In this document: positions 61,851 to 64,000 of the stretch, in pieces | Position numbering within the stretch: position 1 is the first letter of the stretch | How the letters are laid out: every line of letters begins with the position of its first letter | From: Octopus vulgaris | Taxonomy: Eukaryota | Assembly (NCBI GenBank): GCA_951406725.2 | Contig: OX597832.1 | Span: 28,086,001 to 28,150,000, forward strand | Direction: 5' to 3' | DNA length: 64,000 nt | Program-made: the position numbers and the translations under genes | The notes under the pieces: model-generated | Databases searched by the model: none | What the model saw: the letters and a program-made list of their open reading frames with translations, nothing else | What the model was told of the DNA's origin: nothing

Positions 61851-63569
61851 ATTGTCATAATTGGAGGACAGGCTGATGGATGAGGGACTAATACTAGTGA
61901 AAGAGTGAGCAACAGAAAGTGAGAGGAAGAGAATGAAAGAGCAATAATTATAGGCAACAGTAAGACAGAATGATGGCTGGCAGAAAAGCCAGGGGGGGGG
62001 GGGAGTATTGAATGTGGACAAATCATATACTATTCTCTTTTTATACAGATAGCATGGTGTATATATACACACACACACACACATATATATATATTGGTTC
62101 AAGTTGAGTAAGTGACATCACAATTTGGAAAATATTCCAGGTAAGTACAAAGGATGAGAACAGTCTCTAAAGGCCAGAAGATACAGGGGCCATAATGCCA
62201 TGACTATAGCAATCAAAATTAGGACATTGGAGTCTGAAGACATCACTGTATAATAATAATAATAATAATAATGATGATGATGATGATGATGATAAACCTT
62301 TCTACTGAAATCACAAAGCCTTAAATTTTGGGGAAAGGATTAAGTTGATTACATTGACCCCAGTGTGTAACTGGTGCTTAGTTAATCGACCCCGAAAGGA
62401 TGAAAGGCAAAGTAGACCTCGGCGGAATTTATAATAATAAGCCTTTCTACTAAAGGCATAAGACCTGAACATTAAGGGGAGGGGGACTAATCGATTACAT
62501 CGACCCCGGTGTTCAACTGGTACTTAATTTATCGATGCTGAAAGAATGAAAGTCAAAGTCAACCTCGGCAGAATTTGAACTCGGAACATAAAGTTGGACA
62601 AAATACTGCTAAGCATCTTGTCTGGTGTGCTAACAATTTTGCCAGCTCGACACCTTAATAATAATAATAATGATTTCAAATTTTGGCACAAGGGCAGTAA
62701 GTTCAAGGGAGGGGATAAGTCAACCTCGGTAGTATTTGAACACAGAACGTAAAGATGGACAAAATGTCGCTAAGCATTCTGCCCGGCGTGCCAAAGATTC
62801 TGCCAGCTCACAGCCTTAATAATAATAATAATCCTTTCTACTGTAGGCACAAGGCCTGAAATTTTGTGGAGAGGGATTAAGTCGATTACATTGACCCCAG
62901 TGCATAACTGGTACTTATTTCATCAACCGTTGAAAGGATGAAAGGCAAAGTCGACCCTGGTTGTATTTGAACTCAGTGTGTGAAGAACAGAATACTAGGA
63001 AGCATTTCACCTGGCATGCTAACGATTCTGCCAGTTGGCCATATTAATTAATAATAATAATGTGTATAATTTTCAACAACGAGTGACTGCAGTCATCATC
63101 ATCATCATCGTTTAACGTCCGCTTTCCATGCTAGCATGGGTTGGATGGTTTGACTGAGGTCTGGCGAACCAGCGGCTGCACCAGGCTCCAATCTGATCTG
63201 GCAATGTTTCTTCAGCAGGATGCCCTTCCTAATGCTAACCACTCCGAGAGTGTAGTGGGTACTTTTTACTTGCCACTGGTATGGAAGCCAGTCAGGCAGG
63301 CCTGGCATCGATCATGTTCAGATAGAGTTTTTCACAAGCCACTGTCACAGCGGCCAATCAGTGGGTACAGGCATCGGCCACATTCAGTTGGTGCTTTTCA
63401 CGTGACACCAGCATGGGAGCCAGTCAATGGGTACTGGCATCGGCCAGGTTCAGCCGGTGATTTTTACATGCCACCAGCACAAGAACCAGTCAAGGGATAC
63501 TGGCATCGGCCATGTTTATCTGGTGCTTTTTATGTGCCACCAGCACGGAAAATTGAATAGAAGAGTCTC

Positions 63570-63885
63570 AATTGATTATTATGTGTGGCCTGCAGTTGAA
63601 CAAGAGACTAACAAAAATTCCTTGTAACACCAAAGATGAACTGAAAGCAAGGATTATGGCAGCATTCACCATCTTAAACAAGGAGACTGTTCAGAAGAGT
63701 TGCAGAAGATTCCGAAGTCGTCTGGAGGCCTTGGTTGAAACCAATGGCGATTTTATTGAATAAATTTACTCTTTAGTATTTCAAGATATTTTTCTATAAT
63801 TTTGGTAAATAGATCTTTAAAATGAGATGTCAGAGTTTATTTCATTTCAGCATAATTTAGACGACAATATACTCACCACACCCTG
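63570..63885 (+). mobile_element. 3' fragment of a Tc1/mariner (maT/DD37D-like) transposon
   Basis: DYYVWPAVEQETNK / PCNTKDELKARIMAAF..KSCRRFRSRLEALVETNGDFIE*, then a TIR-like end cacaccctg followed by TA. Confidence 0.75.
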
Positions 63886-63889
63886 TATG

Positions 63890-63968
<79 letters not shown>

Positions 63969-64000
63969 CATCATCATTAAGGCACCAAACTGGCAGAATT

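Overview
Eukaryotic, AT-rich, microsatellite- and SINE-dense genomic DNA. The repeat families look like those of octopod cephalopods (Octopus sp.; inferred from recalled repeat style, not verified). The window holds the last 20 coding exons (9097-56683, + strand) of one FNDC3A/FNDC3B/mtgo-type gene. All have GT-AG splice sites, their phases join into about 949 codons, and they encode nine fibronectin type III domains and a C-terminal tail anchor. The N-terminal exons lie upstream of the window. Almost all ORFs in the supplied track are microsatellite or SINE artefacts. The introns contain at least four SINE families, LINE remnants (RTE, CR1-like, R4-like), Tc1/mariner derivatives, a TTAA piggyBac-type MITE, a probable non-autonomous Helitron, a 135-bp higher-order satellite and a ~520-bp local duplication. 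The most interesting signal is a set of minimal hammerhead-ribozyme motifs (CUGANGA..stem..GAAA..NUH) in at least three unrelated short elements. One of these is a tRNA-headed SINE whose 3' part looks like a Penelope pseudo-LTR and which repeatedly sits next to an inverted copy of itself, suggesting a Pol III SINE mobilised by Penelope-like elements. A second notable signal is a 500-bp intron packed with decoy 5' splice sites and a hairpin carrying the U1-like sequence ACTTACCTG.
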